Under the pieces are notes generated by a model. It searched no databases, was not told where the DNA came from, and saw only the letters and a list, made by a program, of their open reading frames with translations. A stretch of DNA of 43,884 nucleotides, from NCBI GenBank assembly GCA_030754995.1, contig JASLZG010000003.1:1-43884 (forward strand). The letters run 5' to 3'. Of this stretch, positions 8,824-17,854 are shown piece by piece. This stretch comes from Lentisphaeria bacterium (GTDB taxonomy: Bacteria > Verrucomicrobiota > Lentisphaeria > JABSQK01 > CAJWLW01). The stretch's first letter is position 1. The number at the start of each line of letters is the position of its first letter. Position numbers and translations under genes: made by a program.

Positions 8824-8987
8824 ACGGCGACGGCGAATCGCGGGGCAAGACCGAATCCGCCGAACAATGCGCCGTGTGCCAGCTGAAACCCAAACTACAT
8901 TACGGGCGCGGCGACAACCAAGCCGACCCGGCGCCCCCGGCGCTATGGGTCTTTTCTCAGCGGAAACACAACAGCAGTCGACGAGAC

Positions 8988-9683
8988 ATGTTTGACAGTT
9001 ACTGCAAAAGGTTACGTGAGGCGGCCGTGGAACGAAGGGCCACGCATCTGCCGCGCTTGAGGTTCATTGTCGTCGCGGCAATTGGTTGCACGCTGGCGTA
9101 TATCATGGTTGCGATGGTGATTATTCCCCAAGACGGGACACGAGACTATCACTTTATTTACGAGCATGGTGCGATAACCGCGTTGTCAGCCCTTTTCCTT
9201 ACGGCTGCAAGTGCCTTTTCCCTGGCAACCATGGTTACGCTCACCCGCGCAAAAGACCCGCACAAATGGGTGTGGCTGATATTGGCAGCCGGCTTTGCAT
9301 TTCTGTCCCTGGATGAACTGTTGCGATTCCACGAGCGCGCCGGGCGGCTGCTTGAGACGACAGAAAGTTCAGGAATGTTCAGGAGCTGGAATGACATCAT
9401 CGTGATTCTATACGGCCTCTTTGCGCTGCTCATGTTAGGCGTGATGCTGCCTGCCTTGATGCGGTCGCCAAAGGTTCTTGAAATGTTTGTGGTTGGCTTT
9501 GCGTTTTACGCGATACATACCTTGATTGATTCAACCAATGAACCACCAACGGTGGTCTCGGTAATCCTGGAGGAGTCCGCCAAACTCTTCTGTGGCGCCT
9601 TCTTGGCAATCGGCACATTTGCCGGTTTGATCGGGGCTATTTGGAAACACCTGATTGTCAACGCAGCACCGAATGATGAGTAG
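8988..9683 (+). CDS. Hypothetical multi-pass membrane protein (about 231 aa), AT-richer than its neighbours
   Basis: The track ORF 8463-9683 overlaps the BNR gene for its first 360 nt. The first in-frame ATG after that gene is 8988 (MFDSYCKRL...). Several hydrophobic segments follow: FIVVAAIGCTLAYIMVAMVII, ITALSALFLTAASAFSLATMV, WVWLILAAGFAFLSL, IIVILYGLFALLMLGVMLPAL, MFVVGFAFYAIHTLI and LFCGAFLAIGTFAGLIGAIW. I recognise no family. Confidence 0.6.
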   Translation: MFDSYCKRLREAAVERRATHLPRLRFIVVAAIGCTLAYIMVAMVIIPQDGTRDYHFIYEHGAITALSALFLTAASAFSLATMVTLTRAKDPHKWVWLILAAGFAFLSLDELLRFHERAGRLLETTESSGMFRSWNDIIVILYGLFALLMLGVMLPALMRSPKVLEMFVVGFAFYAIHTLIDSTNEPPTVVSVILEESAKLFCGAFLAIGTFAGLIGAIWKHLIVNAAPNDE

Positions 9684-9697
9684 CAACACGTTGCCCT

Positions 9698-9715
9698 AAA
9701 GGCGCCCATGCCTTT
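9698..9715. terminator. Weak hairpin between convergent genes
   Basis: aaaggc-gcccat-gccttt forms a 6-bp stem with a 6-nt loop in the 68-nt gap between the stops at 9683 (+) and 9752 (-). No T-run follows on either strand. Confidence 0.2.
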
Positions 9716-9751
9716 GCGGCCGGCCGTGCCCCGAGCCCCTGTGCCCGTGAT

Positions 9752-10660
9752 TTACCTGTTGCTCCCATCCAGGAACCCGGGCTGCTCGAAAGCGGGATTC
9801 GGATAGGTGTAAAAGCCTTTGCCCGATTTGACCCCGAGCTCGCCGCGGGCGATCATGTCATGCACCAGTTGCGGCGGCCGGTCGGTCGGGTCACCGGATG
9901 CGTCGGCATAGACATTCTCGATGTCCCGCACGACATCAAGGCCGACCGTGTCCATGATCGCACAGGGTCCCAGGGCCGTCTGATGCTTCAGCATCCAGGT
10001 GCGGTCGATATCGGCGGCAGTAGTGACGCCCTCGTCGAGCATGCGCAGGACCTCCTTCTTGATCACCCGCCAGATGCGGTTGAAGATGAAGCCCATGTGC
10101 TCCTTCCGCAGGAGGAACGGGATCGCGTGGATCGATTCCGCGAAATCGTGCATCATCCCGATCGTGGTGTCCGACGTCGCCGAACCGCGCATGAGCTCGA
10201 CGAACATCAGACGCCAGCGCCCCTGCACGAAATGAAAGTTGAGCACGCGATCCGGGCGTTGCACGGCACCCTCGATCATCGAGACGGGGATCGATGAACT
10301 GTTGGTTGCAAGGATCGCGTGAGCCGGCGCCGCGGCGTCGAGTGCAGCAAATACCTGGCGCTTGACCGCAACCTCCTCGGTCACCGCCTCGATCACGATG
10401 TCGGCGCCGGCAGCGGCGGCCTCGAGAGCGGTCGACAAGTTGATGCGGGAGAGAATCTGCTCGCGGTCGCCGGCGATCGCCGGATCGCTCGCAATGTGAT
10501 CGTCGAGCCCCGCCGACGCCTGCTCCGCGGCGGCCTCGTCCAGGGCCTCCTGCGAGCAATCGACCATCGTCACGTCGAAACCGAATATCGCCGACTGCAG
10601 CGCAATGCGCGCCCCAAGCGTACCGGCACCGACAACACAGACATTATTGATTTCGCTCAC
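9752..10660 (-). CDS. 3-hydroxyacyl-CoA dehydrogenase family protein (NAD-binding)
   Basis: The 302-aa ORF starts at GTG with GGAG 8 nt upstream. The N-terminal VCVVGAGTLGARIA is a Rossmann GxGxxG motif. DIVIEAVTEEVAVKRQVF, ILATNSSS and a C-terminal GELGVKSGKGFY match the HADH family layout. Confidence 0.8.
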   Translation of the reverse strand: MSEINNVCVVGAGTLGARIALQSAIFGFDVTMVDCSQEALDEAAAEQASAGLDDHIASDPAIAGDREQILSRINLSTALEAAAAGADIVIEAVTEEVAVKRQVFAALDAAAPAHAILATNSSSIPVSMIEGAVQRPDRVLNFHFVQGRWRLMFVELMRGSATSDTTIGMMHDFAESIHAIPFLLRKEHMGFIFNRIWRVIKKEVLRMLDEGVTTAADIDRTWMLKHQTALGPCAIMDTVGLDVVRDIENVYADASGDPTDRPPQLVHDMIARGELGVKSGKGFYTYPNPAFEQPGFLDGSNR

Positions 10661-10900
10661 TTGTCTGACTCCACGGAAACTGTTTGGTTACGGCACAAAG
10701 TACCCTACCCTGTCACGGTCGTATCGCAAATGCGGGATGCGAAACCACGGGGGCACCGGCATCCTGCCGGCTGTTTGCAACCGGCCGGTGCAGGTGGAAA
10801 CTCTCGTCAGTGCGGTGGCATGCAGCGCTTGAATTTTCGCCCGGCCCGACGATTTTTCTTCTTCTCTCATTATCCCGGCAACCCAGCAATCCAATCTCCC

Positions 10901-11953
10901 ATGGACATCATCGACTGGTATCGGACGCCGCTTGATTCGGCAACGCTGAAGAACTTGAATCAGCGCAGTGATTTCTGGGGCCTGTGTCAGGCCCTGGGAC
11001 ATCTCGGCCTGGTCGTGCTGACCGGGGCGACCGCCTGGTACGCCGCCGGCCACTGGCCGCTGCCCGTCCTGCTGCTGGCAATTTTCATTCACGGCACCTG
11101 TTTCAAGTTCCTCGACAACGGGTTCCACGAGCTCGTGCACAGCTCGGTATTCAGAACGAAGTTCCTCAACGCGCTCTTCCTGCGGACTTTCAGTCTTCTC
11201 ACCGGCCACAATCATGTCCATTTCTGGGCCAGCCACCAGGAACATCACAAGTACACCCTGCACCCGCCGGCTGACCTGGAAGTAGTGCTGCCGATGAAAA
11301 CCTCGGTGAAAGATTTTCTCACAACCGGATTCCTCGATCTCATGCAATTGATAACCAGGTGGCCGATAAATATCCGGCACTGCCGCGGCAAGCTGGTGGG
11401 CGAATGGGAGCACACAATATTTCCGGAGTCGTCACCCCGGACGCTCGCGAAGATGCGAAACTGGGCCCGGATCAATCTCCTCACGCATCTGGTTATTGTC
11501 GGTGTTTCGATCTGGCGCCAATGGTGGATGCTGCCAGTGCTGACAACGCTGGCACACTGCTACGGCAACTGGCTTTATTTCTTCTGTAACAATTCCCAGC
11601 ACATCGGGCTGCGGGACAATGTCAATGATTTCCGTCTCTGCTGCCGCACGGTTATTCTCAGCCCGTTCATTCGTTTCCTGTACTGGCATATGAATTATCA
11701 TACCGAGCATCACATGTACGCCGCCGTGCCGTGCTACAAGCTCGGAAAACTCCATGCCCGGATCAAGCACGACCTGCAACCGTGCCCCAAGGGGCTGGTC
11801 GCGGCCTGGACGGAGATCATGGCGATTCAAAAGCGCCAGGAAATCGAACCGGATTATCTGTTCACCCCCGAGCTGCCAAAGCCACAAGACCGACCAGGAC
11901 GAAAGGAACGAAAAGATTCACGCGGCGGTGAACTGCCATCGGACAATCGTTGA
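10901..11953 (+). CDS. Membrane fatty acid desaturase family protein
   Basis: Three His boxes are present: HELVH, HQEHHKY and HTEHHMY. Hydrophobic segments lie between them. The track ORF begins at 10319, but that part is antisense to the HADH gene. In-frame ATGs after the HADH gene are 10820 and 10901, and I prefer 10901 (MDIIDWYRTPLD). Confidence 0.8.
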   Translation: MDIIDWYRTPLDSATLKNLNQRSDFWGLCQALGHLGLVVLTGATAWYAAGHWPLPVLLLAIFIHGTCFKFLDNGFHELVHSSVFRTKFLNALFLRTFSLLTGHNHVHFWASHQEHHKYTLHPPADLEVVLPMKTSVKDFLTTGFLDLMQLITRWPINIRHCRGKLVGEWEHTIFPESSPRTLAKMRNWARINLLTHLVIVGVSIWRQWWMLPVLTTLAHCYGNWLYFFCNNSQHIGLRDNVNDFRLCCRTVILSPFIRFLYWHMNYHTEHHMYAAVPCYKLGKLHARIKHDLQPCPKGLVAAWTEIMAIQKRQEIEPDYLFTPELPKPQDRPGRKERKDSRGGELPSDNR

Positions 11954-12016
11954 CCTGGCATCGATCACGATTACCTTCCCCCCTGCCTCTCACCCCACCA
12001 ATTAAGGAGACGATGA

Positions 12017-12682
12017 ATGGCTTACACCTATCCAATCACCCAGATTGCCCTCGACTACCCGACGACGGAAGAGGCGCTGGAGATGGCGGCGATCGCCGTC
12101 GAGGCCGGCTTCGACTGGCTCGAAATCGGCACCCCGCTGATCACCTGCCAAGGGCTCGCGCCGATCGGCGCGATGGTCCGGGCCTTTCCCGACAAGCCGG
12201 TTATCGCCGACTACAAAACCATGGATTCCGGTTTCAAGAACGTCCAGCGCACCAAGGACCAGGGCGGGCACCTGATGACCGTCTGCGCCAACGCCTCCGA
12301 TGCCACCGTGCGCTCGGCAATCGATGAAGGCAAGGAACTGGACATCGGCGTCGTCGTCGATACCATCGGCGCCAAGGATCAGCCCGGCCGGGCCCGGCAA
12401 TGCCACGACTGGGGCGCCGACTTCATCTACCTGCACTACAGTGCCGACGAACGGCGCGCCGACGACTCGCGCGACACCACGCCCTGGCTGCCCGGTGTAT
12501 TGGAGACCGTCCCGGGGCCCGTCGGCATTGCGACTTTCGGTGTCGAGGACGCCGTGTGCGCGGCAAGGATGGGCGCCGAATACTTTGTCATCGGCCATCC
12601 GCTGACCGACGGCGACGATCCCCTCGGTGAGCTCACGCGCTACGTCGATGAGGTCAAGAGCAATTACCGGCCGAGGGGATAA
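12017..12682 (+). CDS. 3-hexulose-6-phosphate synthase / 3-keto-L-gulonate-6-phosphate decarboxylase family (OMP-decarboxylase-fold)
   Basis: AAGGAG at 12004-12009 lies 7 nt before the ATG. ITQIALDYPTTEEALEMAA...DWLEIGTPLI...PVIADYKTMDSG matches the HPS/KGPDC signature layout (ALD...EvGTPL...aDxKtxD). Confidence 0.8.
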   Translation: MAYTYPITQIALDYPTTEEALEMAAIAVEAGFDWLEIGTPLITCQGLAPIGAMVRAFPDKPVIADYKTMDSGFKNVQRTKDQGGHLMTVCANASDATVRSAIDEGKELDIGVVVDTIGAKDQPGRARQCHDWGADFIYLHYSADERRADDSRDTTPWLPGVLETVPGPVGIATFGVEDAVCAARMGAEYFVIGHPLTDGDDPLGELTRYVDEVKSNYRPRG

Positions 12683-12683
12683 C

Positions 12684-13706
12684 ATGCCAGACACTGCAGT
12701 CGTAAATTATGCGGCCGAGCCGGAGAGCGTCGAGCTGCGCGAGATTCCAGAACCCACGATCGCCGACGACGAAGTCCTGCTCGAAGTCGAGGCTATCGGA
12801 GTGTGCGGCAGTGACCTGCACATGTGGCAGGGGGGTATCAGCTGGACGATGAACTATCCAGTCGTCCTCGGCCATGAGTTCTGCGGCATCATTCGCCAGG
12901 TCGGCACCGACGTGACGGGCTGGGCAGAGGGTGATCGTGTCGTCAGTGAAACGTCGGCCACCATCGACCCGGACAGCCCGCTCACTCGGCGCGGGCTTTA
13001 CAACCTCGACCCGTCACGGCAAGGATACGGCGCCCTGGTCGATGGCGCGATGCGCCGTTACGTGCCAGTGCCCAGACGCATTCTCCATCACCTGCCGGAA
13101 AATGTGCCGTTCGAGCATGCCGCCCTCACCGAGCCGTGCTGTGTCGCCTACAACGCCGTCATCAACAACGGCCGGGTCAAGCCGGGACACCGGGTCCTGG
13201 TCGTCGGCCCCGGACCGATCGGCATCTTCTCCGCGGTCATGGCGAAACACGCCGGCGCCGAGGTGGCGGTCGCAGGACTGCCGTCGGATGCGGCACGGCT
13301 GGCCATCGCCGAAGCCTACGGCTGCACGGCGCTGGTCGACGGTGTCGAGGAGTGGGCCCGGGAGCGGGACGGCCTCGGGTGTGACGGCGTCGTCGATGCC
13401 GCCGGTGCGTCCGCCGCATTGAAACTTGCTGTCGACGTCGTCCGTCCCGCCGGTTGGATCAGCAAGGTCGGGTGGGGGCCGCAACCGCTCAATTTCAGCC
13501 TCGATCCGCTGGTTCAGAAAAACGTCACGCTGCAGGGCAGTTTCAGCCACAACTGGCCGGTCTGGGAACAGATCATCATGATGATGTCCAACGGCCAGCT
13601 CGACGTCACCCCGGCGATCGGCGGCACCTGGGCGTTGAGCGACTGGCATGCCGCGTTTGAAACCATGCATAGCCGCGAAATCGTCAAAGCCGTACTGACA
13701 CCATAA
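12684..13706 (+). CDS. Zinc-dependent alcohol/polyol dehydrogenase (MDR family)
   Basis: ATG 12684 sits 1 nt after the preceding stop and has GAGGGGA upstream, so it is probably in the same operon. GVCGSDLHMW and VLGHEFCG are catalytic zinc-ligand motifs. VLVVGPGPIG is the Rossmann motif. Confidence 0.85.
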   Translation: MPDTAVVNYAAEPESVELREIPEPTIADDEVLLEVEAIGVCGSDLHMWQGGISWTMNYPVVLGHEFCGIIRQVGTDVTGWAEGDRVVSETSATIDPDSPLTRRGLYNLDPSRQGYGALVDGAMRRYVPVPRRILHHLPENVPFEHAALTEPCCVAYNAVINNGRVKPGHRVLVVGPGPIGIFSAVMAKHAGAEVAVAGLPSDAARLAIAEAYGCTALVDGVEEWARERDGLGCDGVVDAAGASAALKLAVDVVRPAGWISKVGWGPQPLNFSLDPLVQKNVTLQGSFSHNWPVWEQIIMMMSNGQLDVTPAIGGTWALSDWHAAFETMHSREIVKAVLTP

Positions 13707-13711
13707 CTCCA

Positions 13712-14662
13712 ATGCGACAGCCCACGAGAAAGCCGGCACCCACGAAACGCCGGAAAGGCGGCGGCCGGCGGGCACGGGTGGACAGGGTCATCAGGAACAG
13801 CTTGACGATTGCCATGTTCGCCGGCACCGCACTCATCGCGGCCGACACGCCCTACGCCATGATTGTGCCGGAAGCGATCAACGAATCATCCGGGCTGGCA
13901 ATGAGCTGCCGCTTTCCAGGGGTCATGTGGACGCTCAACGATTCGGGTGACAGCGCCCGGATCTTTGCCATCACGATGGACGGCAAAGCCGTGCGGCCAA
14001 GAAACGACGCGGGCCCCTACAAGGGCATCAAAATTATCGACGCCCGCAACGTCGACTGGGAAGACATCGCGATCGACGACGACGGCAACCTGGTCATCGG
14101 TGCCTTCGGCAACCACAAGATCCCACGCCGCGACTTGGCGTTATACGTCATCAAGGAACCCAACCCGCGCCTGACCAGGGCCACGCCGGTCATCAGGAAG
14201 ATCCGCTTCCGCTATCCGGATCAGACCGAGTTCACGACGGTGTTGAACAACTTCGACTGCGAAGCGGTGTTCGCGTGGCGCGGCAAATACCACCTGCTGA
14301 CCAAGCACCGCACCAATACCCGCACGCGGCTCTACCGATTCGACGACATCGACGAAAAACGGGAAAACGTCCTGACCCTGCTCGGCGACTTCGACATTGG
14401 CGGCATGGTCACGGCGGCGGACGTTTCGGCCGACGGCAAGCGCCTGGCCGTTCTCACCTACAATGCCGTCTGGGTCTTCGCGATCCGTGGCCGCACTGAC
14501 AACTTCCTGAAGGGCAAGGCGTCGCGATGCGCCATCGCCATGGGCCAGTGTGAGGCGATCTGCTTCGACGGCAACGACCTGATCGTCTCGAGCGAACAGC
14601 GCGGGCTCTACCGGATCAAGCCGGAATGGCTGGAGCCGGTGTTGAGGCGGGGCGCAGAATGA
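13712..14662 (+). CDS. Hypothetical exported or membrane-anchored protein, probable beta-propeller-like fold
   Basis: The 316-aa ORF has a very basic N-terminus (RQPTRKPAPTKRRKGGGRRAR) followed by a hydrophobic segment LTIAMFAGTALIAA. The motifs INESSGLA, WTLNDSGD, NVDWEDIAIDDDGNLVIGAFGN and ADVSADGKRLAVLTY recur in uncharacterised secreted proteins as far as I recall. Function is unknown. Confidence 0.55.
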   Translation: MRQPTRKPAPTKRRKGGGRRARVDRVIRNSLTIAMFAGTALIAADTPYAMIVPEAINESSGLAMSCRFPGVMWTLNDSGDSARIFAITMDGKAVRPRNDAGPYKGIKIIDARNVDWEDIAIDDDGNLVIGAFGNHKIPRRDLALYVIKEPNPRLTRATPVIRKIRFRYPDQTEFTTVLNNFDCEAVFAWRGKYHLLTKHRTNTRTRLYRFDDIDEKRENVLTLLGDFDIGGMVTAADVSADGKRLAVLTYNAVWVFAIRGRTDNFLKGKASRCAIAMGQCEAICFDGNDLIVSSEQRGLYRIKPEWLEPVLRRGAE

Positions 14663-14686
14663 ACCCACCCAGGGGTCCGTCTTCTT

Positions 14687-15169
14687 TCAGGGTACGCGCA
14701 CGACTTTGAGAGGATGCCCGGTAGCGCTCAAGAACCGTTCGATATCGCCCGTGGCAATACTCAGCGTGCTGGTGTTCACCAGCGGATGGCAGCGCAGGCT
14801 TTCGGCTTCCCACAGGGCCTGGTCAACGAAAATCTCGACGGCACCCTTGGTGTCGTTGAGCACCGCCAGCAGGCTCACCGCGCCCGCGGCGATGCCAAGA
14901 TGCTTCTCGAGCCGCCCGGACGATGCAAAGCTGAGCCGGCTCGTCCCGATCGTCTGCGACAACGCCTTGAGATCGATGCTGTGCTCGGCACCAACGGTCA
15001 CCAGGAAATGACGCTTGCCCTTGGCATCGCGCAGGAACAGGTTCTTCGTGTGGGCACCGGGAAAATCCGCCGGTACATGCTGCACGACTTCTTCGCAGGT
15101 GTATACCTCCGGATGATCACACCGCTGATAAGGGATGGCGTGCCGTTCGAGAAATTCGTAGATGTCCAT
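14687..15169 (-). CDS. YbaK/ProX-type aminoacyl-tRNA editing (deacylase) domain protein
   Basis: MDIYEFLERHAIPYQRCDHPEVYTCEE...HTKNLFLRDAKGKRHFLV...VSLLAVLND matches prolyl-tRNA synthetase associated (ProX/YbaK) domain proteins. I prefer ATG at 15169 over the track start at 15211. Confidence 0.75.
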   Translation of the reverse strand: MDIYEFLERHAIPYQRCDHPEVYTCEEVVQHVPADFPGAHTKNLFLRDAKGKRHFLVTVGAEHSIDLKALSQTIGTSRLSFASSGRLEKHLGIAAGAVSLLAVLNDTKGAVEIFVDQALWEAESLRCHPLVNTSTLSIATGDIERFLSATGHPLKVVRVP

Positions 15170-15372
15170 CCGTACACCAGGTTTAGGTTCGGCACCGCCG
15201 CCCGTGGTCAAGGGCTCTTCTCCTTCCTGTTCGCAGCCTCAACACATTGACTGCAAAACGCTGTCCGTCAAACGCAGTTCTGATGTTTGTATTGGTTGTC
15301 GGCCGAGAGATATTCATTATCGGCTTTACCGGGTCAACCGCACACAACCAACATCACGCAGGGGTAAGCAAA

Positions 15373-16746
15373 ATGGCAGGGCCCAAGGTCGTCATTATCG
15401 GCGCCGGCAGCTTGTTTTTCGGCCGGCAGGCCATCTGGCAGATGGTCACCAGTGAACATTTGAATACCGGCACGCTGGCCCTGGTCGACACCGAACCGAC
15501 GCACCTGGCGCGCATGACGGAGCTGGCCCGCAAGGCCATCGACCATGCCGGCGTGTCGCTCAAGCTGGACTCATCCGGGGATCGTTGCGAACTCCTGGCC
15601 GGCGCTGATTTCGTGGTCCTCTCTTTCGCGTACAAATCCGTCAAGCATCGGGCGCTCGACTGTGAAATTGCGGCAAAATTCGGCATCCGCATGTGCAGTG
15701 GCGACACCATCGGGCCCGGCGGCATCATGCGCACACTGCGCGAGTTCCCGAATATCCTGGCATGCTGCAAGGACATCGAGGAGTTGTGCCCGGATGCCTG
15801 GGTGATCAACTACATCAACCCGGCAGCGACCCACGCCATCGGGCTGCAGCTGTACGCGCCGAACCTGAAGAGCTTCGCCATGTGCGACGGCCTGCACATG
15901 CCGCACGTCAAGCGGGCTTACGCCGGCCGCGCCGGCATCACCGAGTCGGAAACTGCCGAGCTGACGCCGGAACAGGATCGTGATTTCGATATGCGCATCA
16001 CCGGCCCGAATCATTTCACGTTCCTGCTCAAGGCGGAATACCAGGGCGAAGACCTGCAGCCCAGGATTGCCGAAAGCCTGCGCCAACAGGCGGCCACCGA
16101 AACGGACGGCGGCGACACCGGGGCCAAGGCCCTGAACAACGACGCCATCACCTACGAGCTCTACAAAGCGCTCGGCTATCTGCCGGCCTGCACAGGGCAC
16201 ACCAAGGAGTACGTCCGCTACTGGCAGGGCAACACGGTCGTCGACGACCCGATCCCGCCGATCGCGATCTGGGATCACGTCCCGCGATACGAATGGCATT
16301 GGGACATGTGGAACGAGGTCGACGGTTACAACTACGGCACACGCAGTCTCGACGAGTTCATCGCCAACACCAAGGCGGACCACGCCACCGACGTCATCGA
16401 AGCGATGTGGGGCGGGCTCGACAAACCGTTCCACCTCATCCTGCCGGTCGGCGACGCGGTGCCGAACATGAACGATGCCTGTATGGAGATTCTTTGTGAC
16501 CTGTCGATGGACAAGATCACGCCGCGCCATGTCGGCGACGCACCTGTCGGGCTGCGCGGCCTGTGGCGGCAGGTTCTCGACAGTCACGAACTCACCGCCC
16601 GCGCCGCCGCCGAGGTCGACCGCGACCTGCTCTACCGCGCCTTCGCCACCGACCCGCTCTGCCAGAGCCTGGCAGACAGCCAGGCGATGATCGAAGAACT
16701 GCTGGCCGCCGAGAAGGACGTCATCCCGGGTGGCTGGCATTCATGA
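15373..16746 (+). CDS. Glycoside hydrolase family 4-like (NAD/Mn-dependent glycosidase)
   Basis: From ATG 15373 the protein begins MAGPKVVIIGAGSLFFGRQ (Rossmann). CSGDTIGPGGIMRTLR and AWVINYINPA match GH4 signatures. The track start 15247 adds 42 unlikely residues. Confidence 0.8.
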   Translation: MAGPKVVIIGAGSLFFGRQAIWQMVTSEHLNTGTLALVDTEPTHLARMTELARKAIDHAGVSLKLDSSGDRCELLAGADFVVLSFAYKSVKHRALDCEIAAKFGIRMCSGDTIGPGGIMRTLREFPNILACCKDIEELCPDAWVINYINPAATHAIGLQLYAPNLKSFAMCDGLHMPHVKRAYAGRAGITESETAELTPEQDRDFDMRITGPNHFTFLLKAEYQGEDLQPRIAESLRQQAATETDGGDTGAKALNNDAITYELYKALGYLPACTGHTKEYVRYWQGNTVVDDPIPPIAIWDHVPRYEWHWDMWNEVDGYNYGTRSLDEFIANTKADHATDVIEAMWGGLDKPFHLILPVGDAVPNMNDACMEILCDLSMDKITPRHVGDAPVGLRGLWRQVLDSHELTARAAAEVDRDLLYRAFATDPLCQSLADSQAMIEELLAAEKDVIPGGWHS

Positions 16747-16979
16747 GGACGAGCCAGCGGTGAGTGCCCGAAGCGCCGGCTGATGATCAAATTCCGCGAG
16801 CCGCTGAACGGTAAAAAAAAATCCGGAAATTCACCGCTGCGCCGGTGTTCGGGGGGCCGGGTACCTGGAACGGCGGGAAATTTTATTGAGTCAACGGAAT
16901 TGCCGTGGGGGAATTCTTGATCCTTGGCTCTATGTTAGGGCCGTTCGACCCAGTTCCCACATTCACAGGACAGGTGCTC

Positions 16980-17777
16980 ATGTTAAAAGACGACAGGCCA
17001 TCCCTGCGCCAACGATTACAGGCCGGCGAGGTTGTTCTCGGTTCATGGCTGATGGCGAGCAGCTCGGTGAACGCGGAGATTCTGGCCGACGCCGGGTTCG
17101 ACTGGCTGGCGGCAGACTGCGAACATTCGGATACGTCCACCGAGCAAGTCACCAACATGACGCGCGCCGTGCAGGGCCGCAGTACGATGCTGGTGCGCGT
17201 CCGCGAGTGTGATACACTGGTGATCCGCCAGGCGCTCGATATCGGCACGGAAGGCGTCATCGTACCGCTGATCGAAACGCCCGAACAGGCGACGCACGCC
17301 GTCCGGGCGGCAAAGTATCCGCCACAGGGCGTGCGCGGCTACTCGTTCGGCCGCTCGAATGACTGGGGCATCAACTTCGACGGCTATTCAGCCGCCGCCA
17401 ACGACCGGATCGTGGTCATCGTCATGATCGAGTCGGCACTGGCGGTTGAGAACATCGACGCAATCCTCGCCGTCGATGGTGTCGATGGCGTCTACATCGG
17501 CCCGTACGACATGAGCGGTTCCTATGGCGTCACCGGCCAGACCAGTCATCCGAAAATCATCGAGGCCCGGCAGCTTGTGCTCGATGCCTGTGGCAACGCG
17601 GGCAAGGCCGCCGGTGTGCATGTCGTGCTGCCGACCCCCGAATCCCTGCGTGCGGCGATCGAGGAGGGTTTCCGCTTTGTCGGTGTCGGCGGCGATATCA
17701 TGTTCCTTACGCAGACCGGCTACAAGTTCGCCGAGCTCGGGCGGCAATGCCGGGAAGCCTGCCACGGGCGCCGTTGA
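16980..17777 (+). CDS. HpcH/HpaI family aldolase (2-keto-3-deoxy-acid aldolase type)
   Basis: MLKDDRPSLRQRLQAGEVVLGSWL..., DWLAADCEHS, LVRV...IRQALDIGTEGVIVPLIET, KYPPQGVRG and VMIESALAVENIDAILAVDGVDGVYIGPYDMS match the HpcH/HpaI layout. The start is set at M26 of the track ORF. Confidence 0.8.
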   Translation: MLKDDRPSLRQRLQAGEVVLGSWLMASSSVNAEILADAGFDWLAADCEHSDTSTEQVTNMTRAVQGRSTMLVRVRECDTLVIRQALDIGTEGVIVPLIETPEQATHAVRAAKYPPQGVRGYSFGRSNDWGINFDGYSAAANDRIVVIVMIESALAVENIDAILAVDGVDGVYIGPYDMSGSYGVTGQTSHPKIIEARQLVLDACGNAGKAAGVHVVLPTPESLRAAIEEGFRFVGVGGDIMFLTQTGYKFAELGRQCREACHGRR

Positions 17778-17854
17778 CAAGGTGCGTGCCCGGCCCTGAT
17801 TCGGTATCGGCCGGCAGTGGATTCACCGGGAGCTTGCCCGGGCCCCACGTTCAC

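Noticed and set aside
8463-8987. 5' extensions offered by the ORF track for the membrane protein (8463), the desaturase (10319), the repeat protein (to 30375), the amidohydrolase (to 19135), Ldh_2 (30344) and GH4 (15247)
   Set aside because: Each extension overlaps a neighbouring well-supported gene or adds non-homologous, Arg-rich sequence. Internal ATG starts give N-termini typical of the families, or signal peptides, and often have a Shine-Dalgarno-like sequence.
15571-16740. 389-aa minus-strand ORF opposite the GH4 gene. Similar cases are 17954-19120 (+), 19461-20675 (+) and 20682-21680 (+) opposite the amidohydrolase and beta-helix genes.
   Set aside because: All are antisense to frames with family signatures and have the typical high-GC shadow-ORF composition. 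None has a plausible ribosome-binding site or a domain motif.
16813-16821. A9 homopolymer tract in the GH4/aldolase intergenic region, considered as a terminator T-run or a slipped-strand phase-variation site
   Set aside because: No stable hairpin lies next to it in the orientation needed for a terminator of either neighbouring gene. It is intergenic and about 160 nt from the aldolase start, so a length change would not shift a reading frame. At most it is an UP-element-like tract.
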